From an uncultured Candidatus Cenarchaeum sp. (GTDB taxonomy: Archaea > Thermoproteota > Nitrososphaeria > Nitrososphaerales > Nitrosopumilaceae): a stretch of 32,000 bases of DNA. The stretch is from assembly GCA_958295735.1 (NCBI GenBank), contig OY282369.1:324161-356160 (forward strand), written 5' to 3'. Shown in pieces: positions 21,981 through 30,022 of the stretch (positions are counted from its first letter, which is position 1; every line of letters starts with the position of its first letter). Below the pieces are notes generated by a model. That model saw nothing but the letters and a program-made list of their open reading frames with translations, made no database searches and was not told the origin of the DNA. Position numbers and translations under genes: made by a program.

Positions 21981-22042
21981 GCCGCATGCCGGAGGCGAAT
22001 TCCTTAAAGCCGTTTCCCTGCCGAGGCGGCGGGCGGTCACGT

Positions 22043-22355
22043 AACCGGTTCGCCTGGCCGGGGGGGGCGCTATCCCGAAATCGGTTCGCCTGGCCGGGGG
22101 GGGCGCTATCCCGAAATCGTTTCGCCTGGCCGGGGGGGGCGCTATCCCGAAATCGTTTCGCCTGGCCGGGGGGGGCGCTATCCCGAAATCGTTTCGCCTG
22201 GCCGGGGGGGGGCGCTATCCCGAAATCGTTTCGCCTGGCCGGGGGGGGGCGCTATCCCGAAATCGTTTCGCCTGGCCGGGGGGGGGGGCGCTATCCCGAA
22301 ATCGTTTCGCCTGGCCGGGGGGGGGGGGCGCTATCCCGAAATCGTTTCGCCTGGA
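22043..22355. repeat. 36-40-bp tandem repeat (8 units plus a partial) with a stepwise lengthening poly-G tract
   Basis: The unit is 'gcgctatcccgaaatcgtttcgcctggcc' plus G(n). The G-runs I counted are 8, 8, 8, 8, 9, 9, 11 and 12. Unit starts are 22067, 22103, 22139, 22175, 22212, 22249, 22288 and 22328. Confidence 0.9.
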
Positions 22356-22398
22356 AGGCGGGGCGCCCGCGGGCCCGCGCCGGGCAGGGCCGGGGGGG

Positions 22399-22485
22399 GC
22401 GCGCCATCCCGAAATCGTTTCGCCTGGAAGGCGGATCAATGGGAGGAGATGGAGCGATCCCGAAATCGTTTCGCCTGGAAGGCGG
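22399..22485. repeat. two dispersed copies of the same repeat core
   Basis: 'atcccgaaatcgtttcgcctggaaggcgg' occurs at ~22406 and ~22457. 'ggggcgcccgcgggctgccgcaggaagcaaagccggcgc' follows, duplicated at 22484-22560. Confidence 0.8.
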
Positions 22486-22803
22486 GGCGCCCGCGGGCTG
22501 CCGCAGGAAGCAAAGCCGGCGCGGGGCGCCCGCGGGCTGCCGCAGGAAGCAAAGCCGGCGCGGGGCGCCCGCGGGCCGCGTCCCGCCAGGAGGGCGCCTC
22601 CCCCCCCACCCACTTGGTCATCTTGGGCGGGCGGCCGGAGCGGGGAAGAGGGCCGCGTCCCGCCAGGAGGGCGCCTCCCCCACCCGCCCCGCCAAGCCGC
22701 GGCGGATGGGGAGGCGCGCGGGCTACGGAAAGGGCAAGGGGCGGGCTTTGCCCGCTGGAAAATAGAAAAAGAGGTTTCCCGGTCGGCGCGCTGCGCTGCG
22801 CGG

Positions 22804-23133
22804 CTAGCCCCTTCCCTGAGCGGCGTACTTGCCGGTGCGCGACCTGAAGAACAGCGCTCCGGCTATTCCCCCGAACACGGCGCCGGCGATCGCCGAGGAA
22901 CCAAGGACGCCGCTGGCGTCAAGGTACGGCGTCCCCGAGCCGGACTGGGGGTTGGCTTCTGCGTAGTTGACCCTGTCCCGGGCGAGCCTGAGCGTCTCCT
23001 CAAGCGTGTTCTGGCCGGTCTCCCCCGCGTCGCCGACGCTGCCCATGTACTGCGCGTGGGCGAGGCCGACGAAGCCGAGGCTGGCGAACCCTATCACGGC
23101 AAGCATCCCTGCCAATAGTACAGACCTAATCAT
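22804..23133 (-). CDS. small protein with an N-terminal signal/TM and a C-terminal TM anchor (109 aa)
   Basis: MIRSVLLAGMLAVIGFASLGFVGLAHAQ... then ...SSAIAGAVFGGIAGALFFRSRTGKY. A TATA-like 'aaaggttaattaag' on the minus strand lies ~30 nt upstream of the ATG at 23133. Confidence 0.65.
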   Translation of the reverse strand: MIRSVLLAGMLAVIGFASLGFVGLAHAQYMGSVGDAGETGQNTLEETLRLARDRVNYAEANPQSGSGTPYLDASGVLGSSAIAGAVFGGIAGALFFRSRTGKYAAQGRG

Positions 23134-23230
23134 ACCGTTTACTGCCCACGTACGGGCCTCCGACTTAATTAACCTTTATCCCCGGCCGGATCCGGGCAAG
23201 GTTTAATTCGGAAGGCCGGCGGCCGGCGCC

Positions 23231-23686
23231 ATGGGCCGGCTCCACTCCCACATGCACGGCAAGTCGCATTCCATACGGCCCGCGGATGCCCCCGTATGGG
23301 ACTGGCTGGAGGGGGAGGAGGCCGGAAAGGCCGCCGAGGAGCTGGTGGTAAAGTACGCGAAGGACGGCATGTCCCCCAGCCAGATAGGCGTCAAGCTGCG
23401 CGACCAGCACGCCGTCCCCCTGGTGAAGCGGGTGGCCGGGAAGCCCATGAAGCGCATACTGGAGGATGCCGGGATCGTCCCCGAGATGCCCGAGGACCTG
23501 GAGAACATGGTGAAGAAGGCCGTGGGCCTGCAGAGGCACCTCAAGGCCAACAGGGGCGACAGGCGGAACGTCAGGTCGCTGGAGCTCATAGAGGCCAAGG
23601 TGCACAGGCTGGCCGTATACTACAAGAGGACGGGCAGGATACCCGCGGGCTGGAAGTACAAGTCGACGGTGGCCCAGCTGGAATAG
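23231..23686 (+). CDS. rps15: 30S ribosomal protein uS15 (S15P/S13e)
   Basis: MGRLHSHMHGKSHSIRP...SPSQIGVKLRDQHAVPLVK...GLQRHLKANRGDRRNVRSLELIEAKVHRLAVYYKRTGRIPAGWKY. This is the characteristic archaeal S15. A TATA-like 'ggtttaattcgg' lies ~25 nt upstream. Confidence 0.95.
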   Translation: MGRLHSHMHGKSHSIRPADAPVWDWLEGEEAGKAAEELVVKYAKDGMSPSQIGVKLRDQHAVPLVKRVAGKPMKRILEDAGIVPEMPEDLENMVKKAVGLQRHLKANRGDRRNVRSLELIEAKVHRLAVYYKRTGRIPAGWKYKSTVAQLE

Positions 23687-23697
23687 GTGGCGGGGCC

Positions 23698-25155
23698 GTG
23701 GCCAGGAGTCTCGCGGAGGCCCTGTCGCGGCTGGCCGACTCCGTGGCCGACTGCGCCAGGGCGGGCAGGCAGGTCTCCGTGACCACCCACATAGACTGCG
23801 ACGGCCTGGCAGCCGGCGGCATACTGGCGAAGGCGCTGGCCAGGGCCGGCGCGCCGTTCACGGCGTCGGCGGTCAGGGAGTTCGGCAGTTCCGCGGTCGA
23901 GGCCCTGCGGGCCGGGACCAGGGAGTTCCACATAGTGGCCGACCTGGGAAGCGGGGCGGCCTCCATGATGGATAAGGCCCTCGGGGAGGACTGGTTCGTA
24001 CTGGACCACCACCAGATACCCGACGAGGAAATGGACGACGCGAGGGTGGCCAACGCGTGGGCCTTCGGGATGGACGGCGGGACCGGCGTGTGCGCGGGCG
24101 GCATGGCGTACATGGCGGCCAAGGCCATGGACGGGGGCAACGCCGACCTGGCCCCCGCGGCCGTGGTGGCCGCGCTGGGCGACAGGCAGGACTCGGGGGA
24201 GCGCAGGTCCCTGTCCGGCGCCAACGGCGACATAGCCGCCGAGGCGGAGGAGGCAGGGCTGCTGGACGTGTCCACGGACCTGCTGCTGGTGGGCAGGGAG
24301 ACCAGGCCGCTGCCCGACGCCCTGGCGTACACGTCGAGCCCGTTCATAGAGGGGATAACGTGGAGGAGGGACGCCTGCGCGGCCCTGCTCTCGTCCGCGG
24401 GCATCCCCCTGAAGTCCGGCGGGAGGTGGCGCGTCCCGGCCGACCTCACCGAGGAGGAGAAGAGGTCGGTCGTGGAGGCCCTGGCGGGGCGCGCCGCCGG
24501 CGACTCGGTGGACGGGCTGGTGGGCAGCGCGTACACGTTCCCCGAGGAGGACGCGCTCACCTTCCTGAGGGACGCCAGGGAGTACTCCACGCTGCTCAAC
24601 GCCTGCGGCCGGACGGGCCGCACGGGGACGGGCATGGCCGTGTGCATGGGCGACCGCGGGCGGGCGCTGCGCGGGGCCGAGGAGGCCCTGAAGGAGTACA
24701 GGAAGAGCATCAGGACCCAGATGGACGCGCTCACCGGCCAGGGCTGGAAGAGGGTCGACGAGGAGGCCGGGGAGGGCCTCGTGGTGGTCAACGGGGAGGG
24801 GGTCGTCCCGGAGACGATGTCCGGCACGCTGGCCTCGCTGGTGGCCGGCGCGCCGGGCAGGGCCGGGAAGATAGTGGTCCTGTGGACCGGCTCCGGGGGG
24901 GATCCCGGGAAGGCGGCGGGGGAAAAGGGGGCGCCCGGCGGCTCGGTGAAGATCTCGTCCAGGATGTCCGCCTCCTGCAGCACGGGGGCCAACCTGGGCA
25001 GGATAATGGGCGAGGCGGCCGCCGAGTGCGGCGGGGTCGGCGGGGGGCACGCCAGGGCGGCCGGCGCCAGGATAACTAGAGACAAATTGGGCCGGTTCCT
25101 CGGGATGGTCGGAGGGCATGTCGCTAAGGTGCACGGTGCGGGTGGCGCTCAATGA
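23698..25155 (+). CDS. RecJ-like DHH-family phosphoesterase/exonuclease
   Basis: GTG start 12 nt after the rps15 stop. Motifs: DHH motif I VTTHIDCDGLAAGGILAKAL and motif III FVLDHHQIP, plus a C-terminal DHHA1-like GGGHARAAGA. The first 134 codons of the track ORF overlap rps15 out of frame and are rejected. Confidence 0.85.
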   Translation: MARSLAEALSRLADSVADCARAGRQVSVTTHIDCDGLAAGGILAKALARAGAPFTASAVREFGSSAVEALRAGTREFHIVADLGSGAASMMDKALGEDWFVLDHHQIPDEEMDDARVANAWAFGMDGGTGVCAGGMAYMAAKAMDGGNADLAPAAVVAALGDRQDSGERRSLSGANGDIAAEAEEAGLLDVSTDLLLVGRETRPLPDALAYTSSPFIEGITWRRDACAALLSSAGIPLKSGGRWRVPADLTEEEKRSVVEALAGRAAGDSVDGLVGSAYTFPEEDALTFLRDAREYSTLLNACGRTGRTGTGMAVCMGDRGRALRGAEEALKEYRKSIRTQMDALTGQGWKRVDEEAGEGLVVVNGEGVVPETMSGTLASLVAGAPGRAGKIVVLWTGSGGDPGKAAGEKGAPGGSVKISSRMSASCSTGANLGRIMGEAAAECGGVGGGHARAAGARITRDKLGRFLGMVGGHVAKVHGAGGAQ

Positions 25156-25369
25156 CGCCGGGGAGGCGCGGGCGCGCGCCGTCATGGAGGCGCTCGGCCC
25201 CGACAATTCCGGGTTCCCCGACGGGGTGTCCATGGAGATGCTGGCGGAGAAGGGATGCCTCGTCCTGCTGTTCCGCGGCGAGGGGGATGCGGGGGTCGCC
25301 GGCGCCTTGGCGTCCACCATAGACGACGCGCTGGGGCACGCCCAGGTGGCCCTCGGGGTGACCGAATGA
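25118..25369 (+). CDS. small protein, Pcc1-like (KEOPS subunit) candidate
   Basis: 83 aa: ...ALNDAGEARARAVMEALGPD...GCLVLLFRGEGDAGVAGALASTIDDALGHAQVAL. Its size and alternating pattern resemble Pcc1. It overlaps the recJ-like 3' end by 38 nt and shares an ATGA junction with serS. The family call is tentative. Confidence 0.45.
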   Translation: MSLRCTVRVALNDAGEARARAVMEALGPDNSGFPDGVSMEMLAEKGCLVLLFRGEGDAGVAGALASTIDDALGHAQVALGVTE

Positions 25370-26625
25370 TGCTGGACCCCAGACTGTACAGGGAGGAGCC
25401 GGGCAGGGTCCGCCGCATGCTGGAGGCCCGCCGCTCCGGGTTCGACCTGGACGCCCTCGTGCGGGCGGACCGCCTCATGAGGGACCGCTCCAGCGCCGTG
25501 GACGGGGCGAGGAGGAGGAGGAACGAGGCCGGGAAGACAATAGCGCGGCACAAGGGGCGGGGCGGGGAGGCCGAGCGGCTGCTGGGGGAGATGAGGGGGA
25601 TGGCCGGCCGCCTGGAGGAGGCCGAAAAGCGGAGGAGCGCCGCCGAGGCCGAGTGCATGGCGCTGGCCAGGACCATACCCAACATGCTGCACGAGTCCGT
25701 CCCGGACGGCCCCGACGGCGCCTCCAACGTCATAGTGAGGAGCTGGGGCGAGCCCCGCCCCGCGGAGGGGGCCAGGGACCACGTCAGCATAGCGGTGGGC
25801 AGGGGCCTCGTCGATCTGGAGGGGGCGGCCAGGGCGGCCGGCGCCAGGTTCTACTACCTGAAGGGGGGGCTCGTGCGGCTGAGCCAGGCCCTCGTCTCGC
25901 ACGCGCTGGACCTGCTGGAGGGAAGGGGCTACGAGCCGGTGCAGCCGCCGTACCTGATAAACCGCAGGTCGATGGAGGGGGCCGTCATAGCCGAAGACCT
26001 CGAGGGCGCCATATACGGGGTGGAGGGGGAGGACCTGTACCTGATAGGCACCTCCGAGCACGCGGTGGCCGCCATGCGCGCCGACTCCATAATGGACGGG
26101 AAGAAGCTGCCGGCCCGGTACGCCGGCGTCAGCCCCTGCTTCCGGAAGGAGGCCGGGGCGCACGGCGACCAGAAGGGGATATTCAGGGTGCACCAGTTCG
26201 ACAAGGTGGAGCAGTTCGTGTTCTCCAGGCCGGAGGAGTCGTGGGCCGAGCACGAGAGGATGCTGGGGATAGCCGAGGAGTTCTACAGGAGCTTGGGCAT
26301 ACCGTACAGGGTGGCGCTCCTCTCCAGCGGGGACACCGGCAGCGTGGCCGCCAAGACGTACGACATCGAGGCGTGGATGCCCGGGCAGGGCGCGTACAGG
26401 GAGGTGGTGTCCTGCTCCAACTGCCTGGACTTCCAGTCGAGGAGGCTGATGGTCAGGTTCAGGGACAGCACCGACGCGGCCACCTCGTACGCGCACACGC
26501 TCAACAGCACCGTGGTGGCCACCACCAGGGCCATGGTCGCCATAATGGAGAACTTCCAGGAGGACGACGGGCGCGTCCGCGTGCCCGACGCGTTGCGGGA
26601 CCGCGCGGGCGCCGACTACGTGTGA
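25366..26625 (+). CDS. serS: seryl-tRNA synthetase
   Basis: MMLDPRLYREEPGRVRRMLEARR... is the N-terminal coiled-coil arm. Class II motifs include FYYLKGGLVRL, YLIGTSEHAVAAM, VSPCFRKEAGAHG, GIFRVHQFDKVEQF, SCSNCLDFQSRRL and TLNSTVVATTR. Confidence 0.95.
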   Translation: MMLDPRLYREEPGRVRRMLEARRSGFDLDALVRADRLMRDRSSAVDGARRRRNEAGKTIARHKGRGGEAERLLGEMRGMAGRLEEAEKRRSAAEAECMALARTIPNMLHESVPDGPDGASNVIVRSWGEPRPAEGARDHVSIAVGRGLVDLEGAARAAGARFYYLKGGLVRLSQALVSHALDLLEGRGYEPVQPPYLINRRSMEGAVIAEDLEGAIYGVEGEDLYLIGTSEHAVAAMRADSIMDGKKLPARYAGVSPCFRKEAGAHGDQKGIFRVHQFDKVEQFVFSRPEESWAEHERMLGIAEEFYRSLGIPYRVALLSSGDTGSVAAKTYDIEAWMPGQGAYREVVSCSNCLDFQSRRLMVRFRDSTDAATSYAHTLNSTVVATTRAMVAIMENFQEDDGRVRVPDALRDRAGADYV

Positions 26626-26652
26626 GCTCCGGGCGGGCCACAACGGTAATTA

Positions 26653-28005
26653 TTGCCCGCGGCGCATCGGCGCGCGTTGAACGTGCTCTCCGTAGCCGGA
26701 TCCGACCCGTCGGGGGGGTCCGGCGCGCAGGGCGACGTGATGACGCTCGCCTCGCTGGGCTGCCGCGGCCTGACCGCCGTGACGGCAGTGACGAGCCAGG
26801 ACACGTCGGGGTTTGCCGGGGCCGAGCCCGTGTCCCCGAAAATGCTGGGGGCGCAGCTGGACTCGCTGCTGGCCGACTTCGACGTGGCGGCCGTAAAGGT
26901 GGGGATGCTCCTCACGGCGGCGGCCGCGCGCATAGTCGGCCGGCGCATCGCGGAATACGGCGGGCCCGTCGTCGTGGATCCCGTCGTGCGCTCCACGACG
27001 GGGGGCGTCCTGCTGCGGCGCAGCGCCCTGCCCGAGTTCAGGAGAAGCGTAGTGCCTGCCGCCACCGTGATAACGCCGAACGAGCAGGAGCTGCTCGCCG
27101 TATCCGGAAGGCCCGGCATGTGGGAAGGGGCGCGGGCGCTCGCGGGCATGGGGGCGCGCTGCGTGGTGGTGACAGGGGTGGCCGGCCCGGGGACCGTCTC
27201 GGACGTGGTGTTCGAGGGAGGAAAATCGTACCGCCTGGGCGGGCCGGCCATGGGGGACGGCCGGATACGCGGGAGCGGGTGCGCGCACTCGGCGGCGCTC
27301 GCCGCCTACCTCGGGGAGGGGCGCGGCATCGGCGAGGCGGCCCGCGCCGCGAGGCGGTTCGCCAGGCGCGCCATCAGGAGCGCGTCGCGCGCGGGCGCCG
27401 GGATCCCGGTGGCCGGCCGCGGGGCCCCGCGCCCGCCGGAGGGCGGGAGGAGGGGGCTGGCCCTGCTGGAGGCCGTGCGGGAGCTCGCCCGCACGGACGG
27501 CATCGGCAGGCACATACCGGAGTGCCAGACCAACTTCGCGTTCGCCCGGCCGGGCGCCAAATCCGTGAAAGACGTGCTCGGCCTGGACGGCCGCATAGTG
27601 CGGTGCGGCCCGCGCAGGGAGGGGGCCGCCGTAGCCGGCCGCGTGAGGTACGGCGGCTCGCGGCACGTGGCCGCCGCCGTCCTGGAGGCCGGCAGGAGGT
27701 TCCCGCAGATCCGCTCGGGGGCCAACATGCGGTACGACGAAGACGTCGTGCGGGTGATGGAGGGGGCAGGCATGTCGGTCGCGCGGTACGACAGGGCGGC
27801 CGAGCCGCGCCGCGTGCGGGAGGAGGAGGGCGCGTCGGTCCCGTGGGGGGTGCGGGAGGCGCTGGCCGGCCTCGCGGCCCCGTGCGATGCGGTCTGCCAC
27901 GCGGGGGCCCACGGCAAGGAGGCCATGGTGGTAGTGTTCGGGAGGGACCCGCCCGACGTGCTAGAGAAGATCCGCCGCGTGGCCGCGGCGGCTGGCCGGC
28001 GGTAA
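26653..28005 (+). CDS. thiDN: bifunctional ThiD (HMP/HMP-P kinase) - ThiN (thiamine-phosphate synthase) fusion
   Basis: N-terminus: LSVAGSDPSGGSGAQGDVMT...VKVGMLL...VVDPVV...ITPNEQE...GSGCAHSAALAAYL (ThiD). C-terminus: IPECQTNFAFARPGAKSVKDVLGLDGRIV...YGGSRHVAAAVL...NMRYDEDV (ThiN). The TTG start at 26653 is uncertain. Confidence 0.9.
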   Translation: MPAAHRRALNVLSVAGSDPSGGSGAQGDVMTLASLGCRGLTAVTAVTSQDTSGFAGAEPVSPKMLGAQLDSLLADFDVAAVKVGMLLTAAAARIVGRRIAEYGGPVVVDPVVRSTTGGVLLRRSALPEFRRSVVPAATVITPNEQELLAVSGRPGMWEGARALAGMGARCVVVTGVAGPGTVSDVVFEGGKSYRLGGPAMGDGRIRGSGCAHSAALAAYLGEGRGIGEAARAARRFARRAIRSASRAGAGIPVAGRGAPRPPEGGRRGLALLEAVRELARTDGIGRHIPECQTNFAFARPGAKSVKDVLGLDGRIVRCGPRREGAAVAGRVRYGGSRHVAAAVLEAGRRFPQIRSGANMRYDEDVVRVMEGAGMSVARYDRAAEPRRVREEEGASVPWGVREALAGLAAPCDAVCHAGAHGKEAMVVVFGRDPPDVLEKIRRVAAAAGRR

Positions 28006-28075
28006 GCCGTCCGCCCGCCGCGGATCTGATCCGGCGGGGGTAGCGGCGCGCCCGAGGCGGCGGGGAAGGTTGCGG

Positions 28076-28991
28076 CACGATGCGCCTAGCAGTTTATCCC
28101 GTACGTCACCGTCTGCGTTATGCTGTCCGCCTCCAGCAACCCGACCGCGGAGAGGTTTATCAGAAAGTCGACGTCCATGCTGCCGGCGGCCGGAACCCCC
28201 GACGGTATGGCCGTCCCCGGCGCCAGCGGGACGAAGCTGGCCACGGCGCGACGCTGGGAATGTAGAGCGAGTTCATTTCGAGCGCGATGCCGTAGGTGTC
28301 TAATCCCCCGAGCAGCGCGCCGGGGACGCTAAGCCATTCCGGCGCGGCCGTCCAGTTGACCAAGCTCGCGTTGACCTGCCCGCTTGGTGCCTGCTGCCAG
28401 CCCGTCAAGACGATGGAAGGCACGGACCAGGCGCCGTAAGTGATAAGCAACCGCAGATCGCCGGCGGCGTTCAGGACTATCCTGCCCGTCGGGCCGCCGT
28501 CCGCGTCCGCCGCCTCGTGCACGTAAGAGCCGGCCTCTAGGATCGCCTCCCGCTAGCACCAGCGCCCTTCCCAGCATGCGCGCGGCCTCGTACGCGGCGT
28601 ACGCAGTAGCCGCCGCGATGCCCGGCGCGGCCACCCCGGCCGCGCCGTCTATGACGTCGGCCATGTTGTTCCGCTCCGCCGCTAGCTGCACCGCGGCGAG
28701 TCCCGTCCACCGGGCGAGCGTCGGCGCCGCCTCGCCTTTTGGAATCGCGCCGATGACCACCTCGTCGCGCCTTCCCCACGCCAGGCCCGACCACTTGCCG
28801 GACTTTGACATCTCGGCCATGCCCGGGATGGTGAACTGGATGCTTGCGGAGAGCGGCCCCTTTTCAAGCTTGACGCTCGTGATCTGATCGTAGGAACAGT
28901 CCTCGACGTTTTCGCCGAGGCCGAGCTTTGTGGGGTTGCGCATCGCGATTCTCTTGCGGGTCACAAGGATGGTGTCGGGCGTCAGTGCCAC
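28076..28991 (-). pseudogene. bPH (bacterial PH, YdbT/DUF304-like) domain gene apparently broken by two frameshifts
   Basis: Coding-looking sequence continues on one strand through three frames. Frame A (28991 to ~28550): ILVTRKRIAMRNPTKLGLGENVEDCSYDQITSVKLEKGPLSASIQFTIPG... Frame B (to ~28255): GRIVLNAAGDLRLLITYGAWSVPSIVLTGWQQAPSGQVNASLVNW... Frame C (to the TAG at 28076-28078): VASFVPLAPGTAIPSGVPAAGSMDVDFLINLSAVGLLEADSITQTVTYGINC. The tail of each frame after the switch point reads as R/G/P/W junk. Confidence 0.45.
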
Positions 28992-29988
28992 CGCACCCCG
29001 TTATGTGTATACGCACAGCATACAGTCCAAAAGATCACAGTCAAAAGATCCTGCATTTAAACCAAAATTTGGTGATGGGCAAGCCCACCAAAACAGGCCC
29101 AGGGGTGAAGCGCGGCGGGTCAGGCGTGCACAAAAGAACAACGCGTGATCAGCATCACATACCAAATCCAGACTCCTTCAAGGCATCTTCAATCGATTTG
29201 CCTTCACGGTGTTTCTCGTTGTATGCTTTTTGATCTGTTATTTTATACTTGCCAAAATCTCCCAACTCTACAAAATAGTTGTCGCCGCCTTCTCCCATGG
29301 GCCCCAGATGAGATTTCCCCACGTGCACGACAATATCCTCTCCGATTTCGAACTCCGGCTCATGTGAACTGATGTAGTATTTGTCGTCTATTTTTTCTGA
29401 ATCCAGGTAGAAAGTAAACGAGTCACCGCGTTTGTAGCTTTCGCCTTCGACGTTCTTTGTGTTTGTCACAATCTCGATGGTGATTGGAATTGCCCCGTGT
29501 GTTATCCCAACATTGTCATGCCAGTCCACTGGCTTGCCAACATCCATCACTGTTCCTCTAAATGTTGCTACGACTGTGTGCTTGATCCTAGAAATATCTG
29601 TGGTTTTCCATGATGCTGAGCTTGGAACAACTATGAAATTTTCACTAATTTTTGTTATATTTGATGGGGTGTAGGAAAATTCTCCAGAATGCGGCACATA
29701 GCCATCTTCATACACGAACTGATCAAATAACACGATGCTGGCTAGGGCGATGATTATGGCAGTTATGCCAATTGAAAATATCGTCCTTTTCAACCTAATA
29801 CACCCCATTGGTTTGTTCCTTGTCGGTGGTTTTTATTGTGGCACATCCGGGAGTACAGTCAGATTTCACAATTGTGTGTGAATCTGAATCAGAATCAGAA
29901 TCAGGCGCATGACCAAGACCCGCAAAATGTCCAAGCTCGTGATTTGCTACATATTTGATGTTTTCGCCTTCCCACCAATTGTGCGGGA
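28992..29988. other. AT-rich compositional island (putative horizontally acquired DNA)
   Basis: GC is visibly far lower than anywhere else in the window, for example 'aaaagatcacagtcaaaagatcctgcatttaaaccaaaatttgg'. The island contains two ORFs with AT-rich codon usage and abuts an IS element. Confidence 0.7.
29155..29808 (-). CDS. membrane-anchored hypothetical protein (217 aa) in the AT-rich island
   Basis: An N-terminal TM (TIFSIGITAIIIALASIVLF) followed by a complex extracytoplasmic domain rich in K/E/I/N. It overlaps the upstream metzincin remnant by 14 nt. Confidence 0.7.
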   Translation of the reverse strand: MGCIRLKRTIFSIGITAIIIALASIVLFDQFVYEDGYVPHSGEFSYTPSNITKISENFIVVPSSASWKTTDISRIKHTVVATFRGTVMDVGKPVDWHDNVGITHGAIPITIEIVTNTKNVEGESYKRGDSFTFYLDSEKIDDKYYISSHEPEFEIGEDIVVHVGKSHLGPMGEGGDNYFVELGDFGKYKITDQKAYNEKHREGKSIEDALKESGFGM

Positions 29989-30022
29989 TCCCAAAAGTGG
30001 CGACCCTCCCTTCACCTGACAC
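29795..30022 (-). pseudogene. N-terminally truncated zinc metalloprotease (metzincin/matrixin-type HExxHxxGxxH)
   Basis: The 75-aa ORF contains NIKYVANHELGHFAGLGHA, then a (DS)4 linker and a Cys-containing tail. The ~100 aa that normally precede the zinc site are missing. In frame upstream there is a TGA (30050-30052), which is the transposase stop. Confidence 0.6.

Noticed and set aside
22043-22485. CRISPR array
   Set aside because: The repeats are directly adjacent with no unique spacers between them, the units vary only in G-run length, and no cas genes are nearby. This is a minisatellite, not a CRISPR.
23296-23697. The first 134 codons of the 619-aa ORF as the recJ-like N-terminus
   Set aside because: This part overlaps rps15 out of frame and is R/G/E-rich junk. 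The DHH domain begins right after the GTG at 23698, which lies 12 nt after the rps15 stop.
23586-28078. Very long antisense or off-frame ORFs (23620-26643 -, 23586-25085 -, 25653-28043 +, 26650-27912 -, 27374-28078 -)
   Set aside because: They are shadow ORFs over the recJ-like gene, serS and thiDN, whose own frames carry diagnostic motifs.
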